The notes: a model not told the origin generated them from the letters alone. 64,000 nucleotides of DNA from Anaeromyxobacter sp. (GCA_049840735.1 JASGJN010000026.1:1-64000), one strand, 5' to 3'; shown: positions 8,762 through 19,248, numbered from the stretch's first letter. Translations and numbers: made by a program.

Positions 8762-9775
8762 CTACTTGACCAGCCGCTCGAACCCCGGATCCCCGCGCAG
8801 CGCCTTCAGGTCATCATCCACCAGCGCCTGCTGCCTGAGCTTCGGGTTCGCCCCCAGCGCCCGGCCCAGCGCCTCCAGCGCCCCGTCCTTCTTCCCGGCC
8901 GCCAGCCGGATCACCGCCAGGTCGTAGAGCACCTCCGGGTTCTTCGGCGCCAGCGCCGCGGCCCGCTCCTGGGCGTGCAGCGCGGCCGGGTAGCGCCTCT
9001 CGGTGAAGGCGGTCCAGCCCTGGTTCCAGGCGTCGTTCACCAGCGCCAGGTCGAGCAGCCGGCGCAGCTCCTGGAACGGCTGTAGGTGATCGTCCACGCG
9101 GACGTCGATGGCGCGGTCGGTGAACCCGCCGTACCCGGCCCCGGCGCGCACCACGATCAGCGCCGCCGACTGCCGCCCCCGCGAGTCGCCCCCAGCGGCG
9201 TCGCCGGCCGCCAGCGCCGCGTAGAGCCGCTCCCCCAGCGGTCCCTTCGACGCCAGGAAGGCCTTCTCCATCGCGGTGACGACCGCCTCGCCGGTGAGGA
9301 TGTTTCCCTGGATGGCGTAGTCCGGCCCGCTCCGCCCGCCGGCCCAGCTGTTGGCGCCCTTGCCGGTGTAGGTGACCGAGTCGCCGCTGGCCGAGACCAT
9401 CCCCACCTGCCGCTTCTCGCGATCGGGGTCGGCCGCCAGCAGCTGCTCCAGCGCGGCCTTCGGCGCGGCCCCCTTCTCCATCAGCTCCAGGCCGCGCGGG
9501 CCGTAGGTGGTGTTGGCGAAGGCCTGCGTGGCCACCGCGCCCACGCCGGCCCGCGCCCAGGGCACCACCGCGCCCACCGCGAAGAAGCGCGAGGCCACCG
9601 CCACGCCCAGCTCGCCGGTGGCGGGGTCGCGCGCCACGATCGAGAAGGTGGCCACCGGGCCGCGCGGGTCGGCGGCGCGGGCGGGCGACGCCAGGACGGT
9701 GGCCGCCATGACGGCGAGCAACGCGCAGCGCGAAGCGGTCCTGCGGGAGGGGGACGCGTGGTTGGCGCAGGTCAT
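8762..9775 (-). CDS. DUF1028 (Ntn-hydrolase-like) protein with C-terminal TPR
   Basis: [44 protein letters not shown]; signal peptide; TPR-like tail; start uncertain. Confidence 0.88.
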   Translation of the reverse strand: MTCANHASPSRRTASRCALLAVMAATVLASPARAADPRGPVATFSIVARDPATGELGVAVASRFFAVGAVVPWARAGVGAVATQAFANTTYGPRGLELMEKGAAPKAALEQLLAADPDREKRQVGMVSASGDSVTYTGKGANSWAGGRSGPDYAIQGNILTGEAVVTAMEKAFLASKGPLGERLYAALAAGDAAGGDSRGRQSAALIVVRAGAGYGGFTDRAIDVRVDDHLQPFQELRRLLDLALVNDAWNQGWTAFTERRYPAALHAQERAAALAPKNPEVLYDLAVIRLAAGKKDGALEALGRALGANPKLRQQALVDDDLKALRGDPGFERLVK

Positions 9776-9915
9776 CACGGCGGGTGAGCGTAGCACCGGC
9801 GGGTGCGCCGCGCCGTCCTGGCGAGATCGTCAACGGGGCCCTGCGTCGCGCCCCCTGGCCGTTCCCGCCCGGCCCCAACCGGCGCAGAATCCCTGTGGGA
9901 GCCAAGGGGGACAGC

Positions 9916-11106
9916 ATGGCCAGGATGAGGCTCGGGACGCGGCTGACGCTGGCCTTCACCGTGCTGCTGGTGCTGCTGCTCGGGCTGGGCGCGATGGCGG
10001 TCGAGCGCGTGCGGCGCGTCCATGCGGCGCTGGACGAGGTCTCCCGGGTCCACTCGGCGGCGCTGCAGCTGGCCGGGCGCGGCCTGGTGCTGGCGCAGCG
10101 CTCGTCCACGCTGATCGACGAGGCGCTGCTGGAGCCGGAGCCGGTGCGGGCGGCGGCGGCGCTGCGGACCCTGGACGAGAACCGCCAGGCGCTGGACCGG
10201 CTGCACACCGAGGTGGAGGCGGTGGTGCGCGAGGGACCGGAGCGCGAGGCCTACCAGGCGGTGCTGCGGGCGCGCCTGGCGCACCGGCGGGCCTTCGCGC
10301 CGGCCGGCGCGGCGCTGGTGGCCGGCGATCACGCCGGGGCCGCGGAGCTGATCCGGCAGGACGTGCTCCCGGCGCGCCACGCGCTGGTGGCCGCCTGGCA
10401 GGGCTTCATGGACGCGGAGCGCTCGGCCATCCGCGCCGGCGCCGCGGTCGGCCAGCAGGAGCTGGACCGCGCGCGGCGCGACCTGGCCACGGCGGTGCTG
10501 GTGGCGGGCCTGGTGGGCGCTGGGCTGGCGCTGGCGGTGATCCGGCGGATCGGGCCGGCGCTGGAGCAGGCGGCGCGCGCGGCGACGGAGATGGCGCAGG
10601 GTGACCTGCGCCATCCGGTGGAGGTCACGCGCAGCGACGAGCTGGGCCAGCTGCAGCGGGCGCTGGGCGCGCTGCAGGCGCGGGTGGCGGAGGCGCTGCG
10701 CGCGGTGCAGGCCGACGCCGACGCGCTCGACGGGAGCGCGGCGCGCCTGGCGGGCACCTCGCGCGCGCTCTCCGACGCGGCGCGAGGGCAGGCCGAGCGG
10801 GTGGCCGAGGCCGTCGTCGCGCTGCACCGGGTGGCCACCGGCCTGGCCAACGAGGCCGGGCCGGAGGGCGAGCATGGGCGCGCCACCTGGGACGAGGTGC
10901 GCCGCGCCTCGCGCCTGCTGGGGCAGCTCGACGGCGAGGTGCGCGGGACCGGCGAGGTCGCCGCCGAGCTGGCGGGCGCGGGCGAGGCGCTCTCCGGCGA
11001 GGCGCGGGCGCTGCACGCGCTGGTGGACGCCTTCCGGCTGCCGGCGATTGAGTCGCTGGTGGAGGTGGAGGTCCAGGTGGCGCGGCCGGTCAGCCCGGCG
11101 GCGTGA
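9916..11106 (+). CDS. MCP-like protein (four-helix sensor, HAMP, shortened signalling domain)
   Basis: Two TM helices, HAMP (MAQGDL...RSDELGQL), short degenerate MCP-like tail. Confidence 0.7.
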   Translation: MARMRLGTRLTLAFTVLLVLLLGLGAMAVERVRRVHAALDEVSRVHSAALQLAGRGLVLAQRSSTLIDEALLEPEPVRAAAALRTLDENRQALDRLHTEVEAVVREGPEREAYQAVLRARLAHRRAFAPAGAALVAGDHAGAAELIRQDVLPARHALVAAWQGFMDAERSAIRAGAAVGQQELDRARRDLATAVLVAGLVGAGLALAVIRRIGPALEQAARAATEMAQGDLRHPVEVTRSDELGQLQRALGALQARVAEALRAVQADADALDGSAARLAGTSRALSDAARGQAERVAEAVVALHRVATGLANEAGPEGEHGRATWDEVRRASRLLGQLDGEVRGTGEVAAELAGAGEALSGEARALHALVDAFRLPAIESLVEVEVQVARPVSPAA

Positions 11107-11194
11107 CCCCTCCCGCGCGAATGGCCCGCGACGGAGCATCCGGGAGCGCCCCGCTGGGGCGGGCGCTGCGTCGATCGGGCGCCCGTCCCCGCGA

Positions 11195-12451
11195 ATGCCC
11201 AGGCTGGAAGACGTGCGTGCGCTGGCGGCCGGGGTGGGGGTGGGGGTGGGGCTGCTCCTGGGGGTGCAGGCGCGCCGCTGGTGGGACCGCCGCGCGCGCT
11301 CCGGGGCGATCGGATCGCTGAAGATGGGGCTGACCGGCGGCGTGGACCAGGTGGGCCTGGCGCTGGCCCAGGCCACCAGCTCGTCGCTGGTGCCCGGCAA
11401 CCGGGTGGCGCTGCGCGAGAACGGCCGCCTGCTCGACGCCCTGGAGGAGGACTTCCGGGCCGCGCGCCACTCCATCCACGTGGACGTCTACATCTGGAAG
11501 CCGGGCCAGGCCGGCTCACGCCTGGCCGAGCTGGCCTGCCGCCGCGCGCGCGAGGGGGTCGCGGTCCGCATCCTGGTCGATCCGCTGGGCTCGACCGGCT
11601 TCGACGCCGAGCTGCGGCGGCCGCTGGAGGCGGCGGGGTGCGAGGTCCGCTACTTCCGCGACCCGCGCAAGCGGCCGCTCCGGCTCACCGGGCGCAACCA
11701 CCGCAAGCTGGTGGTGATCGACGGGCGGGTGGGGTTCACCGGCGGGTTCGGCATCGCGCCGGAGTGGTGCGGCGACGGTCGCACGCACGGCTGGCGCGAC
11801 ACGAACGTCGAGGTGGAGGGGCCGGTCGTGCACCAGATGCAGACCTCCTTCGCGAACCACTGGCTCGAGACCGGCGGCGCGCTGCTGCCGCGGGCCGAGC
11901 TGGAGCGGGCCCACCCGGCCGGCGAGGCCTGCGCCGCCTACGTCACCAGCACCGACGTCGTGGGGCTCTCGCACGCGCGCTGGGTCACGCACATCGCCCT
12001 GATGGCCGCGCGGCAGCGGGTCTGGATCGCCAACGCCTACTTCGTCCCGCCGCCGGAGATCGTGGGCGCGCTGACGCTGCTGGCGCAGCGCGTGCCGGAC
12101 GTGCGGCTGCTCCTCCCCGGCCCGCACCTGGACCACCAGGTGGTGCGCTGGCTGCAGCACCGCCAGTACCCACGCCTGGCCGCGGCCGGGCTGCGGATCT
12201 GGGAGTACCAACCCAGCATGCTGCACGCGAAGAGCATGCTGATCGACGACCGGCTGGTGGTGGTCGGGTCGATCAACCTCGACTGGCTCTCCATGGAGCT
12301 GCTGGAGGAGGGCTGCCTGGTGGTGGACGACCGGCCGCTGGCGGCGGCGCTGGAGCGCTGCTGGGCGGCGGACCTGGCGCACGCGCGACAGGTGGTGGGG
12401 GAGAAGGTGGGGGCGGTGTCGGAGGCGGAGGGGATGCGGGCGGAGGGGTAG
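11195..12451 (+). CDS. cls: Cardiolipin synthase-like phospholipase D
   Basis: Two HKD motifs (NHRKLVVIDG, LHAKSMLIDD), WRDT, NAYFVP. Confidence 0.9.
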   Translation: MPRLEDVRALAAGVGVGVGLLLGVQARRWWDRRARSGAIGSLKMGLTGGVDQVGLALAQATSSSLVPGNRVALRENGRLLDALEEDFRAARHSIHVDVYIWKPGQAGSRLAELACRRAREGVAVRILVDPLGSTGFDAELRRPLEAAGCEVRYFRDPRKRPLRLTGRNHRKLVVIDGRVGFTGGFGIAPEWCGDGRTHGWRDTNVEVEGPVVHQMQTSFANHWLETGGALLPRAELERAHPAGEACAAYVTSTDVVGLSHARWVTHIALMAARQRVWIANAYFVPPPEIVGALTLLAQRVPDVRLLLPGPHLDHQVVRWLQHRQYPRLAAAGLRIWEYQPSMLHAKSMLIDDRLVVVGSINLDWLSMELLEEGCLVVDDRPLAAALERCWAADLAHARQVVGEKVGAVSEAEGMRAEG

Positions 12452-12480
12452 GGGTCGCGTCCTTCTACATTACACATTCC
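12448..12480 (+). repeat. ~32-bp imperfect direct repeat, copy 1 (copy 2 at 24039-24070)
   Basis: GTAGGGGTCGCGTCCTtctACATTACaCaTTC. Confidence 0.75.
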
Positions 12481-12496
12481 GGCCGGGGGTGCTGCA

Positions 12497-12597
12497 CTCC
12501 TGCCGTCGGAGCAGGGCGCGGGGGGCCCTGCCCCCGCGCCGAGGGCCGCTTCGCTGTCGGGGGACGGGGGTAGGGCTGAGACGGGGTGGCTGGCGGA
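12497..12597 (+). repeat. GC-rich palindromic repeat; an inverted copy lies at ~24528-24656
   Basis: CTCCTGCCG..GG.GCAGGGCGCGGGGG..CCCTGCCCCCGCGCC is shared with the reverse complement of 24611-24656. Confidence 0.75.
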
Positions 12598-12847
12598 GAG
12601 GGGGGAGGTCTGCGGCGGGTGGGCGGGTGCGGAGGCGGAGGCGGGGCGGGTACGGGGGCGGAACGGAGGAGGGTCGGTGTGGACGTGGCACGTAGGCACT
12701 TCCCGCGCAGCGCACCCACGCCGCTGGAGCAGGATCACGGATAGTCAAGCGCAACACGGGCGCGCCCCGCTCGAGCTATCGCCAGCGATAGTGAACCAGG
12801 GTTGCCTCGAAGGAGCGGCTGTCGCCGACGCGACAACGACCGCGCGC

Positions 12848-13885
12848 TCACCGCGCCGTCGCCGTGCTCCCCCGCACCACCAGCTCGATGGGCACCACCA
12901 CCCGCCGCGAGGAGCGGCGGCCGGAGTCGAGCTCGCCCAGCATGGTGAGCAGGCACTGGCGGCCCACCTCGTGGAAGTCCTGGCGCACGGTGGTGAGCGG
13001 GGGCGTGAAGAAGGCGGCCTCGGGGATGTCGTCGAAGCCGACGATGCTGATGGAGCGGGGCGCCTCGCGGCCGGCCTCGTGCAGCCGGCGCAGGAAGCCC
13101 AGCGCCATCTGGTCGTTGGCCACGAAGACCGCGGTCACCTCCGGCCCCAGCAGCCGCTCGCCCAGCGCGTAGCCGGAGCGGGCGCTCCAGTCGCCGCGCA
13201 GCACGTCCGGCACCGGCGCGCCGGCGGCCTCCAGCGTGGCGCGCCAGCCCTCCAGCCGCTGGTCCGCCTCCATGAAGTCCTCCGGCCCGGCGATGTGCCA
13301 GACGGTGCGGTGGCCCAGGTCGAGCAGGTGGCGCGTGGCGGCGGCGGCGCCGGCCAGCTGGTCCACCGCCACCACCGGCACCGAGTCGTCCGGCCCGCCC
13401 TCCACCGCCACCACCGGCACGTCGCGCGGCAGGTGCAGGATGGCGTCCACCGCCGAGCGCTGCGGGGCCACGATGATGATCCCGTCCACGCCCTGCCGGC
13501 GCAGCCGCTCCACCGCGGTCAGCACCGAGGCGCGGTTGAGCGCCTTCAGGCTGGTGATGCTGAGCGTGTAGTTGGCCTCGTGGGCGGCCTCGGCGATGCC
13601 CAGCAGCGTGGAGGCGGGGCCGTAGAGCGTGGTGTCGAAGCTCACCACGCCCAGCGTCCGCGAGCGGCCGGTGACCAGCGCCTGGGCCACCGGGTTCGGG
13701 CGGTAGTCGAGCTTGCGGATGGCGGCCAGCACCCGCTCGCGCGTCTCGGGGTGCACGTTGGGGCTGTCGTGGAGGACGCGCGAGACCGTCTGGTAGGAGA
13801 CGCGGGCCAGCTTGGCCACGTCGGTCATCACCGCGGCGCCCTTGCGCCCGCGCCCTGTCTTCCGCCCGCTCGCCTGCTGGGGCAT
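12848..13885 (-). CDS. LacI-family repressor of the arabinose locus
   Basis: MTDVAKLARVSYQTVSRV HTH, SIVGFDD, PPLTTVRQ; divergent from araB. Confidence 0.95.
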   Translation of the reverse strand: MPQQASGRKTGRGRKGAAVMTDVAKLARVSYQTVSRVLHDSPNVHPETRERVLAAIRKLDYRPNPVAQALVTGRSRTLGVVSFDTTLYGPASTLLGIAEAAHEANYTLSITSLKALNRASVLTAVERLRRQGVDGIIIVAPQRSAVDAILHLPRDVPVVAVEGGPDDSVPVVAVDQLAGAAAATRHLLDLGHRTVWHIAGPEDFMEADQRLEGWRATLEAAGAPVPDVLRGDWSARSGYALGERLLGPEVTAVFVANDQMALGFLRRLHEAGREAPRSISIVGFDDIPEAAFFTPPLTTVRQDFHEVGRQCLLTMLGELDSGRRSSRRVVVPIELVVRGSTATAR

Positions 13886-13928
13886 CTGCTTCACCCCCTC
13901 GCCCAGCGCCGAGGTGCCGTCCCTGGAA

Positions 13929-13971
13929 GGCTTCGGCTCCGCGCCCGCTTTGCGGGTGCTACGCTCAGCCG
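13929..13971 (-). repeat. REP-like copy in the lacI/araB intergenic region
   Basis: CTTCGGCTCCG-CGCCCGC TTT GCGGGTG-CTACGCTCAG. Confidence 0.75.
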
Positions 13972-13972
13972 C

Positions 13973-13999
13973 TTGACACAGCCCATGTGAACGCTCACG
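13973..13999 (+). promoter_or_regulatory. -35 (TTGACA) and LacI-type operator upstream of araB
   Basis: TTGACA at 13973, 7-nt gap, TGTGAACGCTCACG at 13986-13999 (palindrome with central CG). Confidence 0.8.
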
Positions 14000-14068
14000 C
14001 TCACGCCGCCATCCTAGCGCATCGCCCCCCGCTCACGGCAAGCCGGGCGGGGTCGACCAGGAGGGGTC

Positions 14069-15748
14069 ATGAAGCAAGAGCACTTCGTGGTGGGGCTGGA
14101 CTTCGGCACCGACACCGTGCGCGCCGTGGTGGTGGACGCGGCGGACGGCGCCGTGGCCGGGGTGGCGGTGCGGCCCTATCCGCGCTGGGCGCGCGGCCTC
14201 TACTGCGATCCGCGGGAGAACCGCTTCCGCCACCACCCGCTCGACTACCTGGAGTCCATGGAGGCGGCCACCAAGGCGGCGCTGGAGGCCGCCGGCCCGG
14301 TCGCCGCGGCGCGGGTGCGCGCCGTCTCCGCCGACACCACCGGCTCCACGCCGGTGCTGGCCGACCGCGCCGGGCGGCCGCTGGCGCTCACGCCGGGGTT
14401 CGAGGAGAACCCCAACGCCATGTTCGTGCTGTGGAAGGACCACACGGCGGTGGCGGAGGCGGAGCGGGTGAACCACCTGGCGCGCAGCTGGGGCGGGCCG
14501 GACTTCACCCGCTACGTGGGCGGCATCTACTCCAGCGAGTGGTTCTGGGCCAAGGCCGTGCACGTGATGCAAGAGGATCCCAAGGTGGCGGCCGCGGCCG
14601 CGACCATCCTCGAGCTGTGCGACTTCATCCCCGCGGCGCTGACCGGCGCCACCGACCTGGCCGCGCTGCGCCGCAGCCGCTGCGCCGCCGGCCACAAGGC
14701 CATGTGGCACGCCGAGTTCGGCGGCTACCCCGCCGACGCCTTCCTGGAGAAGCTCCACCCGCGGCTGCCGGCGCTCAAGGCCAGCCTGGGCCGCGAGACC
14801 TGGACGGCCGACCGGCCCTTCGGCGCGCTCTCGCCGGAGTGGGCGGCGCGGCTGGGGCTGCCGGCGGGCACGGTCGTCGCCGTTGGCGCCTTCGACGCCC
14901 ACGTGGGCGCGGTGGGCGGCGGGATCACCGACCGGACGCTCATCAAGATCATCGGCACCAGCAGCCTGGACGTGCTGGTGGGGCCGAAGCCGGCCGGGCC
15001 CGAGCAGCTCATCCCGGGCATCTGCGGGCAGGTGGACGGCTCGGTGCTGCCCGGCTTCATCGGCTACGAGGCCGGGCAGTCGGCCTTCGGCGACATCTTC
15101 GCCTGGTGGAAAGGCGTGCTGGCCTGGCCGCTCGAGCACGTGCTGCCCGCCCTGCCGGGCGCCGACGCGGCGCGGGCGCGCGCGCAGGCCGAGGCGGCGG
15201 CCGAGCGGCTCATCCCCGAGCTGGAGAAGGCGGCGCAGGCGCTGCCGCCGGGCGCGGCCTCCGCCGTGGCGGTGGACTGGCTCAACGGCCGGCGCACGCC
15301 GGACGCGAACCAGCGGCTCAAGGGGGCCATCGCCGGCCTGGGCATGGGCACCGACGCGCCGGCCATCTACCGCGCGCTGGTGGAGGCGGCCGCGCTGGGC
15401 TCGCGCGCCATCATCGAGCGGTTCCGCGAGCACGGCGTGAAGATCGACCGGACCGTGGCCATGGGCGGCGTGGCGCAGAAGAGCGCCCTCATCATGCAGA
15501 CCCTGGCCGACTTCACCGGCCTGGAGATCGAGGTGGTGCGCGGCGAGCAGACGGTCGCGCTGGGCGCGGCCATGCTGGCGGCCACGGCGGCGGGCGTCCA
15601 CAGGGACGTGGGCGCCGCCCAGCAGGCCATGACGCCTGGCATCGAGCGCACCTACACGCCTGATCCGGCGCGGGCGGAGGCGGCGGCCCGGGCCTACCGG
15701 GACTACCAGCGGCTCGGGCAATTTCTGGAGCAGTTCCAGGCAGGCTGA
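14069..15748 (+). CDS. araB: L-ribulokinase
   Basis: GLDFGTDTVRA, ENPNAMFVLWKDHTA, YSSEWFWAK, CAAGHKAMW, DWLNGRRTP. Confidence 0.96.
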   Translation: MKQEHFVVGLDFGTDTVRAVVVDAADGAVAGVAVRPYPRWARGLYCDPRENRFRHHPLDYLESMEAATKAALEAAGPVAAARVRAVSADTTGSTPVLADRAGRPLALTPGFEENPNAMFVLWKDHTAVAEAERVNHLARSWGGPDFTRYVGGIYSSEWFWAKAVHVMQEDPKVAAAAATILELCDFIPAALTGATDLAALRRSRCAAGHKAMWHAEFGGYPADAFLEKLHPRLPALKASLGRETWTADRPFGALSPEWAARLGLPAGTVVAVGAFDAHVGAVGGGITDRTLIKIIGTSSLDVLVGPKPAGPEQLIPGICGQVDGSVLPGFIGYEAGQSAFGDIFAWWKGVLAWPLEHVLPALPGADAARARAQAEAAAERLIPELEKAAQALPPGAASAVAVDWLNGRRTPDANQRLKGAIAGLGMGTDAPAIYRALVEAAALGSRAIIERFREHGVKIDRTVAMGGVAQKSALIMQTLADFTGLEIEVVRGEQTVALGAAMLAATAAGVHRDVGAAQQAMTPGIERTYTPDPARAEAAARAYRDYQRLGQFLEQFQAG

Positions 15749-15814
15749 CGCAGCCGAGGTCGGCGGCCACCTCGCCGGGGTTCACGCGAAGCGGGACACC
15801 TCCGCGAGGGTTGC

Positions 15815-15841
15815 TTGACGGGCGGGATGTGAGCGTTCACA
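15815..15841 (+). promoter_or_regulatory. -35 (TTGACG) and LacI-type operator upstream of araA
   Basis: TTGACG at 15815, 7-nt gap, TGTGAGCGTTCACA at 15828-15841. Confidence 0.82.
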
Positions 15842-15899
15842 CTCCGCCGTGCACGTGGGGTTCGCGCGGCCCGACCGCGCGGCGAAACGGAGAAGTGCG

Positions 15900-17399
15900 A
15901 TGGGCGAGCAGGCGAAGCGGGAGCTCTGGTTCCTCACCGGCAGCCAGCACCTTTACGGTGAGCGAACCCTGCAGCAGGTGGCGGACCACTCGCGGAAGAT
16001 GGCCGAGGCCCTGGACGCCTCCGGTAGACTTCCGGTGAAGCTGGTCTGGAAGCCGGTGCTGACCGGCTCCGATGGCATCCGGGACATCTGCCTGGCGGCC
16101 AACGCCGCGCCGGACTGCGTGGGCGTGGTCACCTGGATGCACACCTTCTCGCCGGCCAAGATGTGGATCGCCGGGCTGACCCGCCTCGACAAGCCGCTGG
16201 CCCACCTGCACACGCAGTTCGGCCGCGAGCTGCCCTGGTCCAGCATCGACATGGACTTCATGAACCTGAACCAGTCGGCGCACGGCGACCGCGAGTTCGG
16301 GTTCATCGGCGCCCGCCTCCGGCTGGAGCGGAAGATCATCGTCGGCCACTGGGAGGACCCGGAGGTCCTGGCCACGCTAGACGGCTGGGCCCGCGCCGCG
16401 GTGGCCTGGGCCGAGTCCCGCGACCTCAAGATCGCCCGCTTCGGCGGCATGAACATGCGCGACGTGGCGGTCACCGGCGGCGACCGCGTCGAGGCGCAGA
16501 TCAAGCTGGGCTGGACCATCAACGGCTACGCCGTCGGCGACCTGGTGGAGCGGGTCAAGGCGGTGGACGACGCCCAGGTGGACGAGCTGGTGCAGGCCTA
16601 CGAGGCGCAGTACGCGGTGGTGCCGGCGCTCCGCAAGGGCGGCGAGAAGCACACCAACCTGCGCGACGCCGCCCGGCAGGAGCTGGCCATGCGCCGCTTC
16701 CTGAAGGACGGCGGCTTCGGCGCCTTCACCACCACCTTCGAGGACCTGCACGGCCTCTTCCAGCTCCCCGGCCTGGCCTGCCAGCGGCTCATGGCCGACG
16801 GCTTCGGCTTCGCCGCCGAGGGCGACTGGAAGACCGCCGCGCTGGTCCGGCTGATGAAGGTGATGAGCGCCGGCCGCAAGGGCGGCACCTCCTTCATGGA
16901 GGACTACACCTACCACCTGGTGCAGGGGCAGGAGCTGGTGCTGGGCGCCCACATGCTGGAGGTCTGCCCCTCCATCGCCGCCGAGAAGCCCTCCCTGGAG
17001 GTCCACCGGCTGGGGATCGGCGGCAAGGGGGACCCCTGCCGGCTGGTCTTTGAATGCGCCACGGGCCCGGCCGTCGCCACGTCACTGGTGGACGTGGGCG
17101 GGCGCATGCGGATGATCGTCAGCGAGGTGGACGTGGTGAAGGCGCCGGCGCCGATGCCGAAGCTGCCGGTGGCCCACGCGGTCTGGGTCCCGCGCCCCGA
17201 CTTCAAGCGCAATGCGCAGGCCTGGATCCTGGCCGGCGGCGCACACCACACCAGCCTCAGCCAGGCGGTCACCACCGAGCAGCTGGAGGACCTGGCGGGC
17301 ATGGCCGGCCTGGAGTTCATCCGCATCGGCCACGGCCTCGATCTCCACGCGCTCAAGAACGAGCTCCGCTGGAACGATGTCGCCTACCAGACGCGATAA
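15900..17399 (+). CDS. araA: L-arabinose isomerase
   Basis: WFLTGSQHLYG, WMHTFSPAKMWI, LNQSAHGDREFG, EGDWKTAAL, GAHMLEVCPSIA. Confidence 0.98.
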   Translation: MGEQAKRELWFLTGSQHLYGERTLQQVADHSRKMAEALDASGRLPVKLVWKPVLTGSDGIRDICLAANAAPDCVGVVTWMHTFSPAKMWIAGLTRLDKPLAHLHTQFGRELPWSSIDMDFMNLNQSAHGDREFGFIGARLRLERKIIVGHWEDPEVLATLDGWARAAVAWAESRDLKIARFGGMNMRDVAVTGGDRVEAQIKLGWTINGYAVGDLVERVKAVDDAQVDELVQAYEAQYAVVPALRKGGEKHTNLRDAARQELAMRRFLKDGGFGAFTTTFEDLHGLFQLPGLACQRLMADGFGFAAEGDWKTAALVRLMKVMSAGRKGGTSFMEDYTYHLVQGQELVLGAHMLEVCPSIAAEKPSLEVHRLGIGGKGDPCRLVFECATGPAVATSLVDVGGRMRMIVSEVDVVKAPAPMPKLPVAHAVWVPRPDFKRNAQAWILAGGAHHTSLSQAVTTEQLEDLAGMAGLEFIRIGHGLDLHALKNELRWNDVAYQTR

Positions 17400-18141
17400 G
17401 CCGGCCGCCCGCGCGCGCCGCTCCCCGGGGTCGCGCTACCGCGACCTCCAGGAGCAGGCCTTCGCCGCGAACCTGGAGATCCCGCGGCAGGGGCTGGCCA
17501 TCTACACCTTCGGCAACGCCTCGGCGTTCGACCCGGCGCGCGGCGTCATGGCCATCAAGCCCAGCGGCGTCTCCTACGCCGAGCTGCGCCCGCGCGACCT
17601 GGTGGTGGTCGACCTGGAGGGGAAGATCGTGGAGGGGAAGCTCAACCCCTCCTCCGACACGCGCACGCACCTGGTGCTCTACGCGGCCTTCCCCGGGGTG
17701 GGCGGCATCGCCCACACGCACTCGACCCACGCCACCGGCTGGGCGCAGGCGGGCCTGCCCCTCCCCATCTACGGCACCACCCACGCCGACCACCTGGCCG
17801 AGGACGTGCCCTGCACGGAGGTGATGAGCGCCGAGGCCGTCCAGGGCGACTACGAGACCGAGACCGGCCGGCAGATCGTCGAGTGCTTCCGGGGGCGTGA
17901 CCCAGGGCACGTACCGATGGTGCTGGTGGCCGGGCACGGACCCTTCACGTGGGGTGCAAACGCGGCGGCGGCCGTCTACCATGCGGCCGTGCTGGAGCAG
18001 CTGGCCCACATGGCCTTCGTGACCAGGACCCTGGCGCCCGGGGCGGAGCGGCTCCCGCCGCACCTCGTGCGCAGGCACTACGAGCGGAAGCACGGCAGCA
18101 AGGCGACCTACGGCCAGGCTGGGCCGGCAGTGCGCCGATGA
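17377..18141 (+). CDS. araD: L-ribulose-5-phosphate 4-epimerase
   Basis: TFGNAS, IKPSGV, PSSDT.TH, HTHS, GTTHAD, HGPFTWG, HYERKHG. Confidence 0.96.
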   Translation: MSPTRRDKPAARARRSPGSRYRDLQEQAFAANLEIPRQGLAIYTFGNASAFDPARGVMAIKPSGVSYAELRPRDLVVVDLEGKIVEGKLNPSSDTRTHLVLYAAFPGVGGIAHTHSTHATGWAQAGLPLPIYGTTHADHLAEDVPCTEVMSAEAVQGDYETETGRQIVECFRGRDPGHVPMVLVAGHGPFTWGANAAAAVYHAAVLEQLAHMAFVTRTLAPGAERLPPHLVRRHYERKHGSKATYGQAGPAVRR

Positions 18142-18282
18142 CGCAAGGCCCGGCCGGCCAGCCAGCCGCGCCCGCCGGGGAGCAGCGAGGGAAGCAGCTA
18201 GCGCAGTGGCAGCTGAGACGTGGCCCAACACGGGGAACCCGGCGCGCCGCAGCAGCTCCGGGGAGATCCTTCAGGAGGATCC

Positions 18283-19248
18283 ATGAGCATCCGCACCGTC
18301 GTCCGCAGCCTTCTCGTTCTTGCCGTCCTTGTCTCCGGCCAGGCCCTGGCCGCCGACAAGATCACCCTGGGCTTCTCGCAGATCGGCGCCGAGAGCGAGT
18401 GGCGCACGGCCAACACCCAGTCCATCAAGGACTCGGCGGCCGCCGCCGGCATCAACCTCAAGTTCGCCGACGCGCAGCAGAAGCAGGAGAACCAGATCAA
18501 GGCCATCCGCTCCTTCATCGCGCAGAAGGTGGACGTGATCGCCTTCTCGCCGGTGGTGGAGACGGGCTGGGAGCCGGTCCTTCGCGAGGCGAAGGCCGCT
18601 GGCATCCCGGTCATCCTCAGCGACCGCGCCGTGGACGTGAAGGACGACTCGCTCTGGGTCTCCTTCATGGGCTCGGACTTCGTGGAGGAGGGCCGCCGCG
18701 CCGCGAAGTGGCTGGTGGACTACGCGCCGGTGAAGGCGCTGGCCGCCAAGGGCACCGTCAACATCGTCGAGCTGCAGGGCACGGTCGGCTCCGCTCCGGC
18801 CATCGACCGCAAGAAGGGGTTCGAGGAGATCCTGAAGGGCTACCCGAACTTCAAGGTCATCCGCTCCCAGACCGGCGACTTCACCCGCGCCAAGGGCAAG
18901 GAGGTCATGGAGGCCTTCCTGAAGGCCGAGGGCAACAAGATCAACGTCCTCTACGCGCACAATGACGACATGGCCATCGGCGCCATCCAGGCCATCGAGG
19001 AAGCCGGCCTGAAGCCGGGCAAGGACATCGTCATCGTCTCCATCGACGCCGTGAAGGGCGCGTTCGAGGCCATGATGGCCGGCAAGCTCAACTGCACCGT
19101 CGAGTGCAGCCCGCTCCTTGGCCCGCAGCTGATGCAGGCCGTGAAGGACCTGAAGGCGGGCAAGACCCTGCCGAAGCGGATCGTGACGCAGGAGGGCGTC
19201 TTCCCGGCCGAGGTGGCCGCGAAGGAGTTCCCGAACCGCAAGTACTAG
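18283..19248 (+). CDS. ytfQ: Sugar ABC transporter substrate-binding protein (YtfQ-like)
   Basis: Signal peptide, GFSQIGAESEWRTANT, QTGDFTRAKGKEVME. Confidence 0.92.
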   Translation: MSIRTVVRSLLVLAVLVSGQALAADKITLGFSQIGAESEWRTANTQSIKDSAAAAGINLKFADAQQKQENQIKAIRSFIAQKVDVIAFSPVVETGWEPVLREAKAAGIPVILSDRAVDVKDDSLWVSFMGSDFVEEGRRAAKWLVDYAPVKALAAKGTVNIVELQGTVGSAPAIDRKKGFEEILKGYPNFKVIRSQTGDFTRAKGKEVMEAFLKAEGNKINVLYAHNDDMAIGAIQAIEEAGLKPGKDIVIVSIDAVKGAFEAMMAGKLNCTVECSPLLGPQLMQAVKDLKAGKTLPKRIVTQEGVFPAEVAAKEFPNRKY

